A DNA stretch of 64,000 bases from Octopus sinensis (Eukaryota), in the NCBI RefSeq assembly GCF_006345805.1, contig NC_042997.1, positions 131,874,001 to 131,938,000 of the forward strand. Reading direction: 5' to 3'. How positions within the stretch are numbered: position 1 is the stretch's first letter; every line of letters starts with the position of its first letter. The position numbers were made by a program, and so were the translations under genes. The notes under the pieces are model-generated. The model was not told the origin of the DNA and did no database searches. It saw only the letters and a list, made by a program, of their open reading frames with translations. Of the stretch, positions 50,970 to 64,000 are shown in pieces.

Positions 50970-51255
50970 TCATCTAACAAACAGTTTCTTTCAGTTGCTT
51001 ATACAGTGATGTCTGTTTGAAAGCGTTCTGTTTCTCTGTACTAGCAGACTGTACCACCTCTACTCTGGCAGTGCATCCACTACACGCTATTCCTGGTCTT
51101 CTTCTGTACACACTATTCAATCCTTCCTCACCCAAACAGACATGTTCTGGAATTTCCTTCCTGTCCATGTCCTCTCAACAGAAAATTAAACAGAACATCA
51201 ACAACATTGACCTCCCAGACAGGGATGCCTTGCAAAAGTAAAGAGTGCTTCCCCT
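50970..51255 (-). mobile_element. Possible decayed RTE-type LINE fragment (continues at ~50090-50400 beyond inserted short repeats)
   Basis: Weak resemblance of minus-strand translation to RTE ORF2; no catalytic motif seen. Confidence 0.35.
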
Positions 51256-51709
51256 TATATTTATATATGTATATACCTATATTCATTTACTTGATTCAGT
51301 CATTTGACTGTGGCCATATGTCTATATACATCATCATTTAACGTCTGTTTTCCATGCATATGTGTTGGCTGGCCTGACAGAAGCTGGTAAAACCAGGGGA
51401 TGCACAAGGCCCCATAGTCTGTTCTGGCTTGTTTTCTACGGCTGGATGTCCTGTCTGTTTAATACCAACCATTTTACAGAGTGTACTTGGTGGTTTTAAT
51501 TGGCACCAGTACAAATGCTTTTTACGTGGCACTGTGGTTTTAGGGCACATTGCTGTCCTCAAGACCCATCCACCACAACAGAATCTATCTATATATATAT
51601 ATATATATATATATATAATCAAAAAATATTCAATATCAAAGCAATAGAAAATTTTACAGAATAGCTAGCGGTTGATATTGCTTGATAAAATACCATTGTC
51701 TCTCTCTCT

Positions 51710-51748
<39 letters not shown>

Positions 51749-53060
51749 AATTTTTAAAAATAGTCAACAACGAGTGTCTAAACAAAATTTAGAAAATCAT
51801 GGTGACAGAGAAAATTTTAAAAGATATAAAACTATATAAAATTACTCATGTCACTTATCAGCGTAAAAAATAGTAAACTAATTGATGTTACCTTGTTTGA
51901 TATAGTAAGAATTGAGAGAAACAATGCGACGAAGAAATAACGAGAAACTAATGCAACACTGAGGTCTAACAACACTATATCTAGAGTTGTCTCCCTTAAG
52001 AGCTGGCAGAATTAAAATATTCTTTTCTACGTTAGGCACAAGGCCCGAAATTTTTGGGGAGGCTGGGCCAGTCGATTAGATCGACCCCAGTACGCAACTG
52101 GTACCTAATTTATCAGCTCCAAAAGGGTGAATAGCGCAGTCGACCTTGCGGAATTTGAACTCAGAACAGATGAATTAAAATGTTAACTGTCTCTTAATTT
52201 CCTGTCTCCTTTTATTATTATATCTTTTGTCTTTCATTATTATAGCTCTTATTTGTTTCAGTCATTGGATTGCAGCCATGCTGGGGCATTGCCTTGACGG
52301 GTTTTACATGAATAGATCTTACAGAAATCTGGTGCAGGCTTCTGCCTGGCCAGCTCCTGTTAAACTGTCCCACCCATGCAAGCATGGAGGGTAGACGTTA
52401 AATGATGATGATCGTCCCGATTAATTTTTACCTTCTTTTATTTTTAAAGTCTACTACTTATTTTATCAGCCTCTTTTGCTAGACTGCTAAGTTACAGGGA
52501 TGTAAACAAACCATCACCAGTTGCCAAGTGGTGATGAAGTGACACTCACAGACATAAAGGCATGCAAACACATATATAAATATGTACAGGCCCAGGCGTG
52601 GCTGTGAGATGAGAAGTTTGCTTCCCAGCCACATATTTCTGAGTTCATTCTCACTGCATGACACCTTGGGCAAGTGTCTTCTTTTATAACCTCAAGCTGA
52701 CCAAAGCTTTGTTAATCGATTTGCTAGACAGAAACTGAAAGAAGCCCATTGTATATATATCATCATTATCATAATCATCATTTAACGTCCATTTTCCATG
52801 CTAGCATGGGTTGGACGGTTCGACCGGGGTCTGGGAAGCCAGGAGGCTGCACCAGGCTCTAGTCTGATCTAGAAGTGTTTCTACAGTTGGATGCCCTTCC
52901 TAATGCCAACCACTCCATGAGTGTAGTGGGTGCATTTTATGTGTCACCGGCATGGACGCCAGTCAGGGCGGCACTGGCATCGGCCACATTCGGATGGTGC
53001 TTTTTACATGCCACCATCACGGGTATCACAACTGCAATTTCCATTTGATTTTTATTTTGA

Positions 53061-53093
<33 letters not shown>

Positions 53094-53285
53094 GATTTGG
53101 CAAGGTTTCTATGAAGGGCATCCAGCTGTAGAAACCATGCCAAATAACACCAGAACCTGGTGCACCCCAGCACCCTCGAGCTTACTAGTTTTCAGTCAAA
53201 CCGTCCAACCCATGCCAGCATGGAAAATGGACATTCAATGATGATGATGATTATGTGTGTGTGTGTATGTATGTATGTATGTATG

Positions 53286-53327
<42 letters not shown>

Positions 53328-54181
53328 ATATATATATATGTATATAAGTATGTATGAATACATACATATGAATGTATCTTTGTATGTCCCCCACCACAAC
53401 AACTGGTGTAGGTGTATTTACATTCCTGTCACTTATCAGTTCAGCAAAAGAGATTAACAGAATAAGTGCCTAGCCTTACAAAAAAGTATGTACTGGAGTT
53501 GATTCATTCAACTAAGAATTCTTCAAGCCAGTGCTCCAGAATGGCCACAGTTTAATGACTGAAACAAGTAAAAGATAAAGGATAAATTCATTCACACACA
53601 CAATGGACTTCCACTTGCTTTCTTATTTCTTTATTTCCCACAAGGGGCTAAACATAGAGGGGACAAACAAGGACAGACAAAGGGATTAAGTCAATTACAT
53701 CGACCCCAGTGCATAACTGGTACTTAATTTATTGATAGTGAAAGGATGAAAGGCAAAGTTGACCTCGGCGGAATTTGAACTCAGAACGTAGCCGCTGACA
53801 AACTACCGCTAAGCATTTCGACAGCATGCTAACGTTTCTGCCAGCTTGCCGTCTTCCACTTGCTTTCTGTCCCACAAATTCCCTCACAAAGCTTCGGTTA
53901 GCTGGAGGCTATAGTAGAAGACATTTGCCTAAAGTGTTACACATTGGAATTGAACCCAAAACCATGTGGTTACAAAGAGAGATTCTTAACCACCCAGCCC
54001 TTTTGTTTTTTCCTAATTATCTATTTAAAAGTCCACCATATTAAATAAAGAAACACCAACTTGATAAAACAGGAGAGACAAAAAAATGTTTCCAATGAAA
54101 TTAAAAGCCAGTCAATGACTAAATAGCTTCAATCTGTGGAGAAGAAAGACCTGATGAAAGAAAGAATCTTAATGCTCTAAC

Positions 54182-54387
54182 CTGGTCTGATTGTCTGTCT
54201 CTGCAACGATATAAATGATGCAAGTAGTTTAGCCGGGAACAACGTTTCACTAGGATTAGGTCGGTACATCCATCTCCCAAATGACAAGCAGGAGACACAC
54301 CTTCTGGGCTCATGGCACACCGGCAACTCATGGTAACGGCATTTACACCAATAAAATCTCCGCGGATCGTGTGCCATTTTTCTTTAC
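54182..54387 (-). CDS. CERK: Ceramide kinase exon (KEKWHTIRGDFIGVNAVTMSCRCAMSPEGVSPACHLGDGCTDLILVKRCSRLNYLHHL...SDQ)
   Basis: cf. CERK W..V.GKFLAINATNMSCAC.RSP.GLSPAAHLGDGSSDLILIRKCSRFNFL; ttttag / GTTAGA boundaries; 206 nt, phase 1 to 0. Confidence 0.94.
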
Positions 54388-56307
54388 CTAAAAACAAAAC
54401 CATAATTTAGAACACCATTTCTCAAAGATTCAAACACAAATTATCATAATTTGATTGCATACAAGACACAATACCCACCCTCTCCCACAAAAAGGATTTC
54501 AAACAAAATTACCTTGGGTTCTAATTGCAAAGTTAGGCCTATTTTATATGCTTCAGTGCATTGAAAACTTATTTGCATGAATACACGCTGCTGAAATTGG
54601 TGTGCATCTAATAAGCTCATGAATCTTTTATGCCATTAAATTTGGTAATTATATAAAGGCATGTACTTAGCGGTTAGAGTATTTGGCTCACAATTGGAAG
54701 GTTGTGAGTTCAATACCCAGCAGTGTGTTGTATCCTTGAGCAAAACTCTTTACTTCACGTTGCTCCAGTCCACTCAGCTGGTAAAAATGAGTAGTACCTG
54801 TACTTCAAAGGATCAGCCTTGTCACATTCTGTGTCATACAGAATCTCCCTAAGAACTATATTAAGGTTATGTGTCTGTGGAGTGCTCAGCCACTTGCACG
54901 TTAATTTCATGAGCAGGTTGTTCCATTGACCAGACCAACTGGAACATGCATCGTCATGACCAACAGAGTACCAGTGGGGGTAATTATAGAATTTCAAAGA
55001 AAGGTGACTATTAAATGAGAATTGCAATGCTTCAACACATACACATGGTGAAGTGGCTGAGTTATTAGAGCATCAGATAAAATGTGTTGTTTTTGTTCTG
55101 AGTTTCTGCACTCTGAGTTCAGACCCTCTGAAGGTCAACTTTACTGTTCAAACTTTTTAGGTGGATATAAAAAATAACCAATTCAATCAGTGGAACTGTA
55201 AGAATATTGGATCGAATATCTTGTGGTGTTTGTCCCAGATCTTTACCCTAAGTCCCACTCTTAACATGACATATTCAACAGTAGACTTAACCTGTTGCTA
55301 GACTGGACACCACAACTAGGCACCTTGGGTGTGGCCTTTAGCTGAGCCTAGTCTGTTGCAAGCATTCAGGCCAGGTCACTAGTGGTTTGAAGATAATTTC
55401 CTCCTTCTCTCCTCCCAGTCTTGGAGACCCGGGAAAAGGTCAAGTGCATTGTCTCCCTTCCCGACTTAAACAAAAACCTTAGCTGTAAAAAGATAATATA
55501 AGCCAATAGCCATTGGGAATAGTAGTAGTGTAAAAATCAGACAAGAATCTTGTTATCATACTGTACTGTGTTCAGTTCCCATTGTTAAACAAACAAAAAG
55601 TTGCGTCAGTGTTCTTCCCCTCAATCTAATCAATAACTGAATTGTCAAGTTTGACACTTTCAGCAAGCAACAGGATGTGCTCTGACAGTTTGACTTCTCC
55701 AAATACATTACGTGACACACAAGCAGATAAATACACACATTTCATGCCCTAATACTTTATTGGTTATATGACTTGCAAAGTCTCTAATACTCTCCAGATA
55801 TAAGTGAACATCAAAGAATCTCGTTTCCTTTCCTATAAATCTGAAATCTGATGCTAATATAAAAAAAGGGTAAATCAATTTATGTAGCTTTAATTTTTTT
55901 TTTACTTTTATTTATTTTTCAACACAACTTGTTTGGAATTTGTAAGCACTTTCTAAAGTTCATGGAATGATTCTACAAATAACTACAGGTTTAATATACT
56001 GTAGGAGTTTGAAATTCTACCTAACAGGAAAGCATCAAGATCAAGCAGAAGACACTCCTTCCCTGCCCCCACTTCCCCCGCCCCGAGTCAAATGTAATAC
56101 TTTGATGTGACCTACATGAATGTGGGACAGTTAAATGAACTTTAATCTGTTCTTGATCTGAGTAGACCCGAGTGACCCAGCAAAAGATCTTTTTTGTTAT
56201 ATTGTAGGGTAGCTGCGAAAGGCCAGATTGGACCTCAAACAGAACATTTTGAGCCAGATATGGCTGGTTTAAATGGTAAAGGGTTAAAGATTCTGTTGCA
56301 AACTTAC

Positions 56308-56372
56308 CAAGAGAGGAACTTTCTGAAGGATACTGGTGAAGTCTGTCAAGAGCAGCAGCACATACTTGGCAG
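56308..56372 (-). CDS. CERK: Ceramide kinase 65-nt exon (CQVCAAALDRLHQYPSESSSL)
   Basis: ttttccag / GTAAGT boundaries; phase 2 to 1 bridges 59335 and 54387 exactly; completes the CxxxCxxC motif (CLAGCQVC). Confidence 0.88.
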
Positions 56373-57934
56373 CTGGAAAACAGATGAAACAAAAATTCAA
56401 TTTAATTTCAGCAAAGGGAAATACAAATAAATAATAATAATATAGACACAAAAGTGGTTGAGTGGTAAGGCGGTAAGTAGCTTGCTTACTAACCACATGG
56501 TTCCAGGTTCAGTCCCACTGCATGGCACCTTCAGTCCACCTACATGGCATATATAACCTCAGGCCGACCAAAGCCTTGTGAGTGAATTTTGGTAGATGGA
56601 AACTGAAAAGAAGCCTGTCGTGTGTATATATATATATATAGTGATCATTGCCAGAGCAGCTGACTGACTTCCGTGCCGGTGGCACTTAAAAAGCACCATT
56701 CAAGAGTGATCGTTACCAACGTCGCCTTACTGGCACTTGTGCCGGGGGCACATGAAAAAGTATTCGAGCGAGGTCGTTGCCAGTGCCGCTGGACTGGCTC
56801 CTGTGCAGGTGGCACATAAAAAAAGACCATGTGAGCGTGGCCGTTGCCAGTACCGCCTGACTGACCCTCGTGCCGGTGGCACATAAAAGCACCCACTACA
56901 CTCTCGGAGTGGTTGGCATTAGGAAGGGCATCCAGCTGTAGAAACTCTGCCAGATCAGATTGGAGCCTGGTGCAGCCATCTGGTTCACCAGTCCTCAGTC
57001 AAATCGTCCAACCCATGCTAGCATGGAAAGCAGACATTAAACGATGATGACGATATATATATATATGTGATTGCTAGACTAAACTACATATAATTAAATA
57101 CAATTTTAACAATTCTTATTAAATACTGGCTGGGAAACGAAGTACAGTATCATCAAAATTAAATGTTAGTATCAATAATTTAAGATAGACTGATGAATCA
57201 GAAGATAGTTAAATATACATCATTTAATGTATAGAGTATAAAGATACAAGCTACTAATAGTTTTTTGCATTAGAAATGCAAGGCAGGTTATAAAAACCTG
57301 CCTAGACTTGCGTCTCTAATGTAAGACATTAAATGATATTTACCTCTCACTGGATGGAGTACTTTTTTTGTTGGCCTTACCTCAACGGAACAGTAAATTA
57401 TATGATATCATTTCAGCTGAATTAGTTTCTTCAGTTACACTGAACTTTTGCCTTATTTCAGTTAATTACACCATTGTTCTCTCTCTCTCTAGCACAAGGG
57501 TTCTCAACCAATTCTTATTTATTGACCCCTTTGATTACCCTTTTATTCTGGAGAATCCCTCAGTCACTCGATGTTTAAAAACTAGTTTTATAGAAACTTT
57601 TTTTTTTAAATTCCTATTTTGTTTTTCACACAATAACTTGTGTAAGTTGAAATATGTTGAATGTTGCAATACACACCAATACATACATCTAAAGCAAAAT
57701 TTCTTTTCAGGGGCCCTTAAAATACTATTGTGAACAATTTACTAGTTTGTTACATGAACCCTGGTTGAAAACCATTGCTATGTAAATTTTCTCTTAGGTA
57801 TGCAATTTCCACGCATACCAGCTCTTGATTTTACAAGCTTAAATAAATGAGTGCTCACTCATTAATATTAATAACAACATAATAATAGTATTGTCAAGAT
57901 TAAATAAGACAAACGGAAAATTTCCTGTTTCTTG

Positions 57935-58051
<117 letters not shown>

Positions 58052-59334
58052 TTACATGTGCGTGCGTGCGTGTATTAGAGAGAAGTAAAGGTATATTTCT
58101 TCAACTGCTCTGCACCTTTGCTTTGTTTCAGTTACACTACTGTTCTCTACATAACATATAATATACATATATATGTGTGTGTGTGTATGTTTAACAAGTA
58201 CTTGGTGACCCTGTCAGAGTAGGTGCCACTTAAAATCACCCAGTCTACAATGTAAAGTGGTTGGTATTTGGAAGGGCGTCCAACTGCAAAAACCTCACCA
58301 AAACTGACTTTGCTTGTGCTGGCGCCACATAAAAAGCACTAAGTTCACTCTGCTGAGTGGTTGGTGTTAAGAAGGGCATCCAGCTGTAAAAATCCTGCCA
58401 AAACAATTACAGAAGTCTGGTGCAGGCTTGTGCCTGGCTGGCTCTTGTCAAACCATCCCACCCATGCCAGCATGGAAGGCAGACAACAGTTGAGGAAAGA
58501 AACTTAGCTGAAAGTGTATCATGAGCTCTATGACTTATGAAATCAGAGATTAACCATGGTGTGTAAGTGACTGAAATTACGATAGATTCCTTGAATGGGA
58601 CGCTAGTCTGTCGCAGGGTCAACAGTTGTTGGAACTCATTTACAGCCAAGCAGGCTGGAGCAACATGAAATGGAGGGTTTTGATCAAGGACACAACACTC
58701 AGTTCAGGAATCAAAACTACAATCCTACAATTATCAGTGAAACACCCTAACCCAGTGCTACTCAAAGTGATGGTCCGCAAGCCATCAGCTGCCAGTATGC
58801 GGCAAGTTTCCAGAAAAGAAAGAAACGTTATAAAATGCTTATGTAATATTGTATTATTTGTTTACGAAATAAATATATGATAAAAAAAAATTGTCAACTT
58901 TTATTATATTCATTATATATATATTGTGTTTGGGGAGAGTAATTTTCTTTTATGCCTTATAATGTAACACACTCACTGGTAAAATTTCCACTTTTTCTTA
59001 TTTTTAGTAAAATTTTTTTTAAAAAAGTGGAAATTTTACCGGTGAGTGTGTTACATTATAAGGCACAAAAGAAAATTACTCTCCCCAAACACAACAGAAT
59101 ATGCTTCAACACACGAACTCATAAAAAGAATCTTGCAAACCAAATCCGAAAACGAAATTATATATATTGTTTCCGGTATAAATTAATATTACTAACAAAT
59201 ATTACTAGTCCCTGGCACATTGGTTAGATTGAGAAGCACTGCCCTAAGCCACACATCTTCACATAAAAAGTCAGGAAGAAAAAGAAAAAAAACTTTGTGG
59301 TGCTGTTGTTGTTGTTATTGTATTGATTACTTAC

Positions 59335-59440
59335 CCTGCCAAACATCGAGTGTTATCCCGAGGATGACTGTCATGAACAGTGGTAGGTAGAAAGGAAACT
59401 TCTCCCAGGTAGGATTGATTTGCTAGAAACTTCTTGAAAC
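59335..59440 (-). CDS. CERK: Ceramide kinase exon (FKKFLANQSYLGEVSFLPTTVHDSHPRDNTRCLAG)
   Basis: cf. CERK GLKTFLSHHCYEGTVSFLP....SPRD..PCRAG; ctttcag / GTAAGT boundaries; upstream exons were not found in the window. Confidence 0.9.
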
Positions 59441-59605
59441 CTGAAAGAAAATGAAAAAAAAATTTTTAAACCACAAAAATTCAATCAAGTAATATTAACT
59501 TTTTCAACACTCCTGTCCCTAAGACTTCATGGAAACTCCTGTTACCAACCCACTCATATTAAAGTGTTATTTAGATTAAAATCTCATTCTAAATATTATT
59601 AAATA

Positions 59606-60030
59606 TAGGCTCAGGAGTAGCTGTGTGGTAAATAGCTTGCTTACCAACCACATGGTTCCGAGTTCAGTTCCACTGCATGGCACCTTGTGCAAGTGTCTTC
59701 TACTATAGCCTCAGGCTGACGAAAGCCTTGTGAGTGGATTTGGTAGATGGAAACTGAAAGAAGCCCGTCGTATATATGTGTATATATATATAAGTATGTG
59801 TGTGTATATATTGTGTGTCTGTGTTTGTACCCCCAACATCGTTTGACAACTGGTGTTGGTGTGTTTAGATTCCCGTAACTTAGCGGTTCGGCAAAAGAGA
59901 CCGATAGAATAAGTACAAGGCTTACAAAGAATAAGTCCTGGGGTCGATTTGATTCGACTAAAGGCGGTGCTCCAGCATGGCCGCAGTCAAATGACTGAAA
60001 CAAGTAAAAGAGTAAAAAAGAGTAAAGAGT
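59606..60030 (+). mobile_element. Family A SINE, full length
   Basis: Matches family A consensus. Confidence 0.85.
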
Positions 60031-62091
60031 TACATAAATGATAAATTGAGGTTTTAATAAGTAAAGGTGTATTTCAAATACCAAAATTGTGTGTGATCAT
60101 AAACTCTGCTAAACAACAACCTTATGATGTGATATCTAAGGCCAATGAAAGACATCAGAGAGAGAGAGAAGAATAGCAGACTAAAATTTATATTTAGTTT
60201 TGTTCCTCTAAGCCCCAAAGTGAAATTTAATTAGAGCTGACTTTGTCTTTAATTACTTTAGAAGTTCAATAAAATAAGTTGGAATCAAATGAATTCTCTC
60301 TCTTTGTAAGAGTATGCTTTGTATTCAATTAATCAATTAGTCCAACCCAAGCCAGCATGGAAAACGGACATTAAACGATGATGATGATGAATAAATGTTA
60401 TATTTAAACTGAATAAAATCCCTTACTCATATATGAATGTTCAGTATTGAGTAACTACCACCAACAAAAACAAGGCAAATCAACATGGAAAACAACAGCC
60501 AAATCACACATCACTATCTTAGAGAATATTTTGGATAATGTGATCCGAGATACACTGTGTCTGAATAACAGCATAGTCCCAATTGAAATGACTTTGATCG
60601 GCAGTCTCATTGATCATCACTAAACTGAGAGTAAACAATAACAGGTAGTGTCAGGGATAGCGGTGAGTGACAATGGTATCATCACCATTATCATCATTTC
60701 TTTTTTGTTTAACATCTACTTTTCCATTCTTGCATGGGTCAGATGGATTTTTTTGTTGAGGCAAATTTTCTTTGATAGAATGCCCTTCCTGTTCTTGACT
60801 TTCATCTGTTTCTAAGTCATCATTATCATCATCGTTGTTTAACATCCGCTTTCCATGCTAGCATGGGTTGGCCGATTTGACTGAGGACTGGTGAACCAGA
60901 TGGCTGCAGCAGGCTCCAATCTGGCCTGGCAGAGTTTTTACAGCTGGATGCCTTCCTAATGCCAACCACTCCGAGAGTGTAGTGGGTGCTTTTATGTGCC
61001 ACTGGCACAAGGGCCAGTCAAGCGGTACTGGCAACGGTCACGAAAAACTCATGTCTTTTTTTTTTACGTGTCACCTGCATACCGGCACAAGTGCCAGTAA
61101 GGTGTCACTGGTAACGATCACGCTCGAATGGTGTTTTCTACGTGCCACCAGCATGAACGCCAGTTAGCTGCTCTGGCAACGATCATGCTCAGATGGTGCT
61201 CTTAGTGCTCCACTAGCACGGATGCCAGTCATCGAATTTGATTTCAATTCCAATTTCGATTTCACTTGCCTCAACAGGCCTTCGCTTCCCCAAGGCCAGA
61301 CCTTTTCTCATAGAAGACTAGAAATGAACAGCATTGCTTTTACGACTGATGCTCATTTACAACCATCATATGAAGCCCAGACAAGGAATCACAAGCACAC
61401 ACACACAGAGGCTTCTTTCTGTTTCTGTATACCAAATCCACTCACAAAGTTTTAGTTGGCCTGAGATTTAAGTAAAAGATACTGGCCCAAGGGGCCATGC
61501 AGTGGGACTGAACCCAACACCGCATGATTGGGAAAGCAGCTTCTTAACTATACAGCCATGCTGTATCTATATCTATTGGGAGGTGGGAAAGAGAGACTGG
61601 ATGAGTTCAATGGAAGATGATGATAAGAATATACTATTTCATTAAAGCCAGAGAAGTTTTTTAATTATAAGTCTAACTTTTTTATGTTCTTAACATGTTG
61701 TTGTTACCAAAGAATGTATATATGTATTGTAGTATTTTGTGACAACCAATATTCTGTGCGTGTATGAATATACAGATACAGTACCAATATTCCACTGAAC
61801 TTTTTAATAATTCCTTCTGGAAACTATCTTAAACATTTTCTTGAGAATGTATATTTATGTTGTAATCTTTTGTGCCCAATATTTTAATGAACTTGTTAAA
61901 CTTTTTTATGTCCTTAACATGTTCTTGTTACCAAGGACTGTATATATGTAATGTAGCATTTTGTAACAACCAATGATTAACGCAACCAAACTTTTACATG
62001 TTACTTTTGACAATCTTTTTCTAAAGAGTGAAACCAGTAAAGTAAATAAACATCTTTTAAAATTGCATTTTCAAACCTTCTTTCGTGTATA

Positions 62092-62122
<31 letters not shown>

Positions 62123-62308
62123 ATTATGAGTATAATTATAATTAGGGTTCAGCAAAAAAATTTGCTTTACCACATAACGAACTTTAGAAATAGCAGTCAA
62201 AGAACTTAGCTATTTCTTCTACTATAAGAAATGGCTGCTATTTCTAAAGTTCGGTATGTGGTGAAGCAAATTTTTTTGCTGAACTCTAATTATAATTATA
62301 CTCATAAT
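62123..62308. mobile_element. Foldback element (~75-bp arms attatgagtataattataattagggttcagc... / ...gctgaactctaattataattatactcataat)
   Basis: Near-perfect inverted arms seen directly. Confidence 0.8.
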
Positions 62309-64000
62309 TATAAAAAATATTGTTTAAAGTTTACCGAAAATGGTCCTTTTAACATGCCGAATACTACTTGGTGGAATTATTAATTATTAATTAATTTTAC
62401 CCTTTATTATTATTGATTATATATATATATATATAGGTTATGAGAATATCTGACCACTCACCCATTTAAACTAGCACTTACTTGACATATCATCATTATC
62501 CATTGTTTCATTAAATTATAACCAATTAGATAATTGACACACATCCATTCATATAATTAACACATATCCAGTTATACAATTAACACTTTTCTGTTTCAGC
62601 TCAACAGCATTTTTCCATAACAAACTAAATGAAGTTACTAAAAGAAATGACACTGTGTTTCCAGTTCACTTCTACAATCATCATCATTTAACATCCGTTT
62701 TGCCATCTGGCATGTCTCAAATGGTTCGGCAGGAACTGGTGAGTTAGAAGACTGCATCAAACTCCAATGTTTACTTTGGCATAGCTTTTATGCCCTTCCT
62801 AATGCCGCCACATTACAGAGTGTACTGGATGATTTCTTATTTCTTTATTGCCCACAAGGGGCCAAATAAAGACAGGCAAAGGGATTAAGTTGATTACATC
62901 GACCCCAGTGCGTAACTGGTACTTAATTTATCGACCCTGAAATGATGAAAAGCAAAGTCGACCTCGGCGGAGTTTCAACTCAGAATGTAACGGCAGACGA
63001 TATACCGGTCAGCATTTTGCCCGGCATGCTAATGTTTCTGCCAACTCGCCGCCTTATCATAAAATCATCCAGTGTACTGGATGATTTCTACTTGAGACAA
63101 AACACAAACGGATGACTTTTCACAATTTTTCCTAAGCTAACAGAAACATCAACCAAATCTCCTTAAAATCACACACTAATATCATGAAAATATGAAGATG
63201 GGCAAGTTGGATGACAAAGTCCTAGATACTGATATTGCGAAAAGAAAAACAAGTGATAGTCACAGCTGGAATGGCCTTGATTATTGGCTTTACTTGATCA
63301 TTGGCACAAAGCAACAACAAATGGTAACCAAGATATGCATTATCATTAAAACAAATAGTTGCCTGATTTTCTTCAACACTTTCATATCAAACAAGAACAA
63401 ACACAGGCATATATGCATGACAACCTAATCTAATAGATTAAGATCTTTTTGGTTAAGAGGTCAGAGCAAGTTGGGAGTGGCATTGCAAGTAAAACTTCCT
63501 ATTTTGCAGTGGCCAAACAAAAGTGTAGATATTTAAACTGAATAAAATCCCTCCTTACTCATATATGAATGTTCAGTATTGAGTAACAAGCACCAACAAT
63601 AACAAGGCAAACCAACATGGGAAACAACAGCCAAATCACACATCAAGTAAGCAACAACAGTTTCTACCATAGGCATGAGGCCTCACATTAGGCAGAAGGT
63701 TATCAATTACACCGGCTACACTATCTGAATGGTACTTACTTTGTCAACACCAGAATGGTGAAAGACAAAGTCTAATCCAATGGGATTTGAACTCAGAATG
63801 CAAAACAATGTCACTAAATAGTGGAAAGTATTATGCTCAAAGCTCTACCAACATTATCAACCTTTCACTCAAGTGAAATAGACAATGACAATTATAGCTA
63901 CATTGAGGTCTTCTGACTGTAAAGGGGAGATGGGTTCAACTCCAAAACAGGTTAAAAAAAATGGGGAGATGGGTTCAACTTCAAAACAGAGCTATAAGAA

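Noticed and set aside
51920-51960. Hammerhead-like gcgacgaagaaataacgagaaac
   Set aside because: Core is GCGACGA and stem II does not pair; at most a dead relic
55620-55710. Possible pre-miRNA hairpin around tgtcaagtttgaca / ctgacagtttgac
   Set aside because: Manual pairing gives fewer than about 10 contiguous pairs
59441-64000. Further upstream CERK exons (expected GYGFYGD...RW.G..RYD motif)
   Set aside because: Not found by manual scanning; probably beyond the window end

Overview
AT-rich, repeat-dense eukaryotic genomic DNA. The SINE/LINE repertoire and (AT)n/(TG)n load point to an Octopus (coleoid cephalopod) genome; this is inferred from repeat families, not from a database hit. Two convergent intron-rich genes were reconstructed by hand from GT-AG boundaries with consistent phases. 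(1) The 3' part of a GRIP1/2-like multi-PDZ scaffold on + (exons 24585-24759, 28127-28722, 30250-30417, probably also 7086-7304), including the PSVDSAxxSW linker motif and the complete last PDZ domain. (2) The 3' part of ceramide kinase on - (exons 59440-59335, 56372-56308, 54387-54182, 49779-49589, 47265-47169). The rest is mostly mobile DNA: an IR-DR Tc1 element with TA duplication (42123-43832), two decayed maT/DD37D-type mariners, a decayed Penelope-like (RT + GIY-YIG) ORF, CR1 and RTE LINE fragments, several tRNA-derived SINE families, piggyBac-like, hAT-like and foldback MITEs, and microsatellites. The signals least explained by ordinary annotation are: minimal Penelope-type hammerhead ribozyme motifs in short non-coding elements (35124-35158 on -, 35671-35722 on +, a degenerate one at 27413); a 350-bp near-perfect palindrome with an internal 50-bp duplication; and an adjacent CpG-retaining intronic stretch carrying a possible alternative first exon of GRIP. 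No prokaryote-type systems, CRISPR arrays, rRNA or intact tRNA genes are supported. Most of the supplied short ORFs are spurious readings of repeats.
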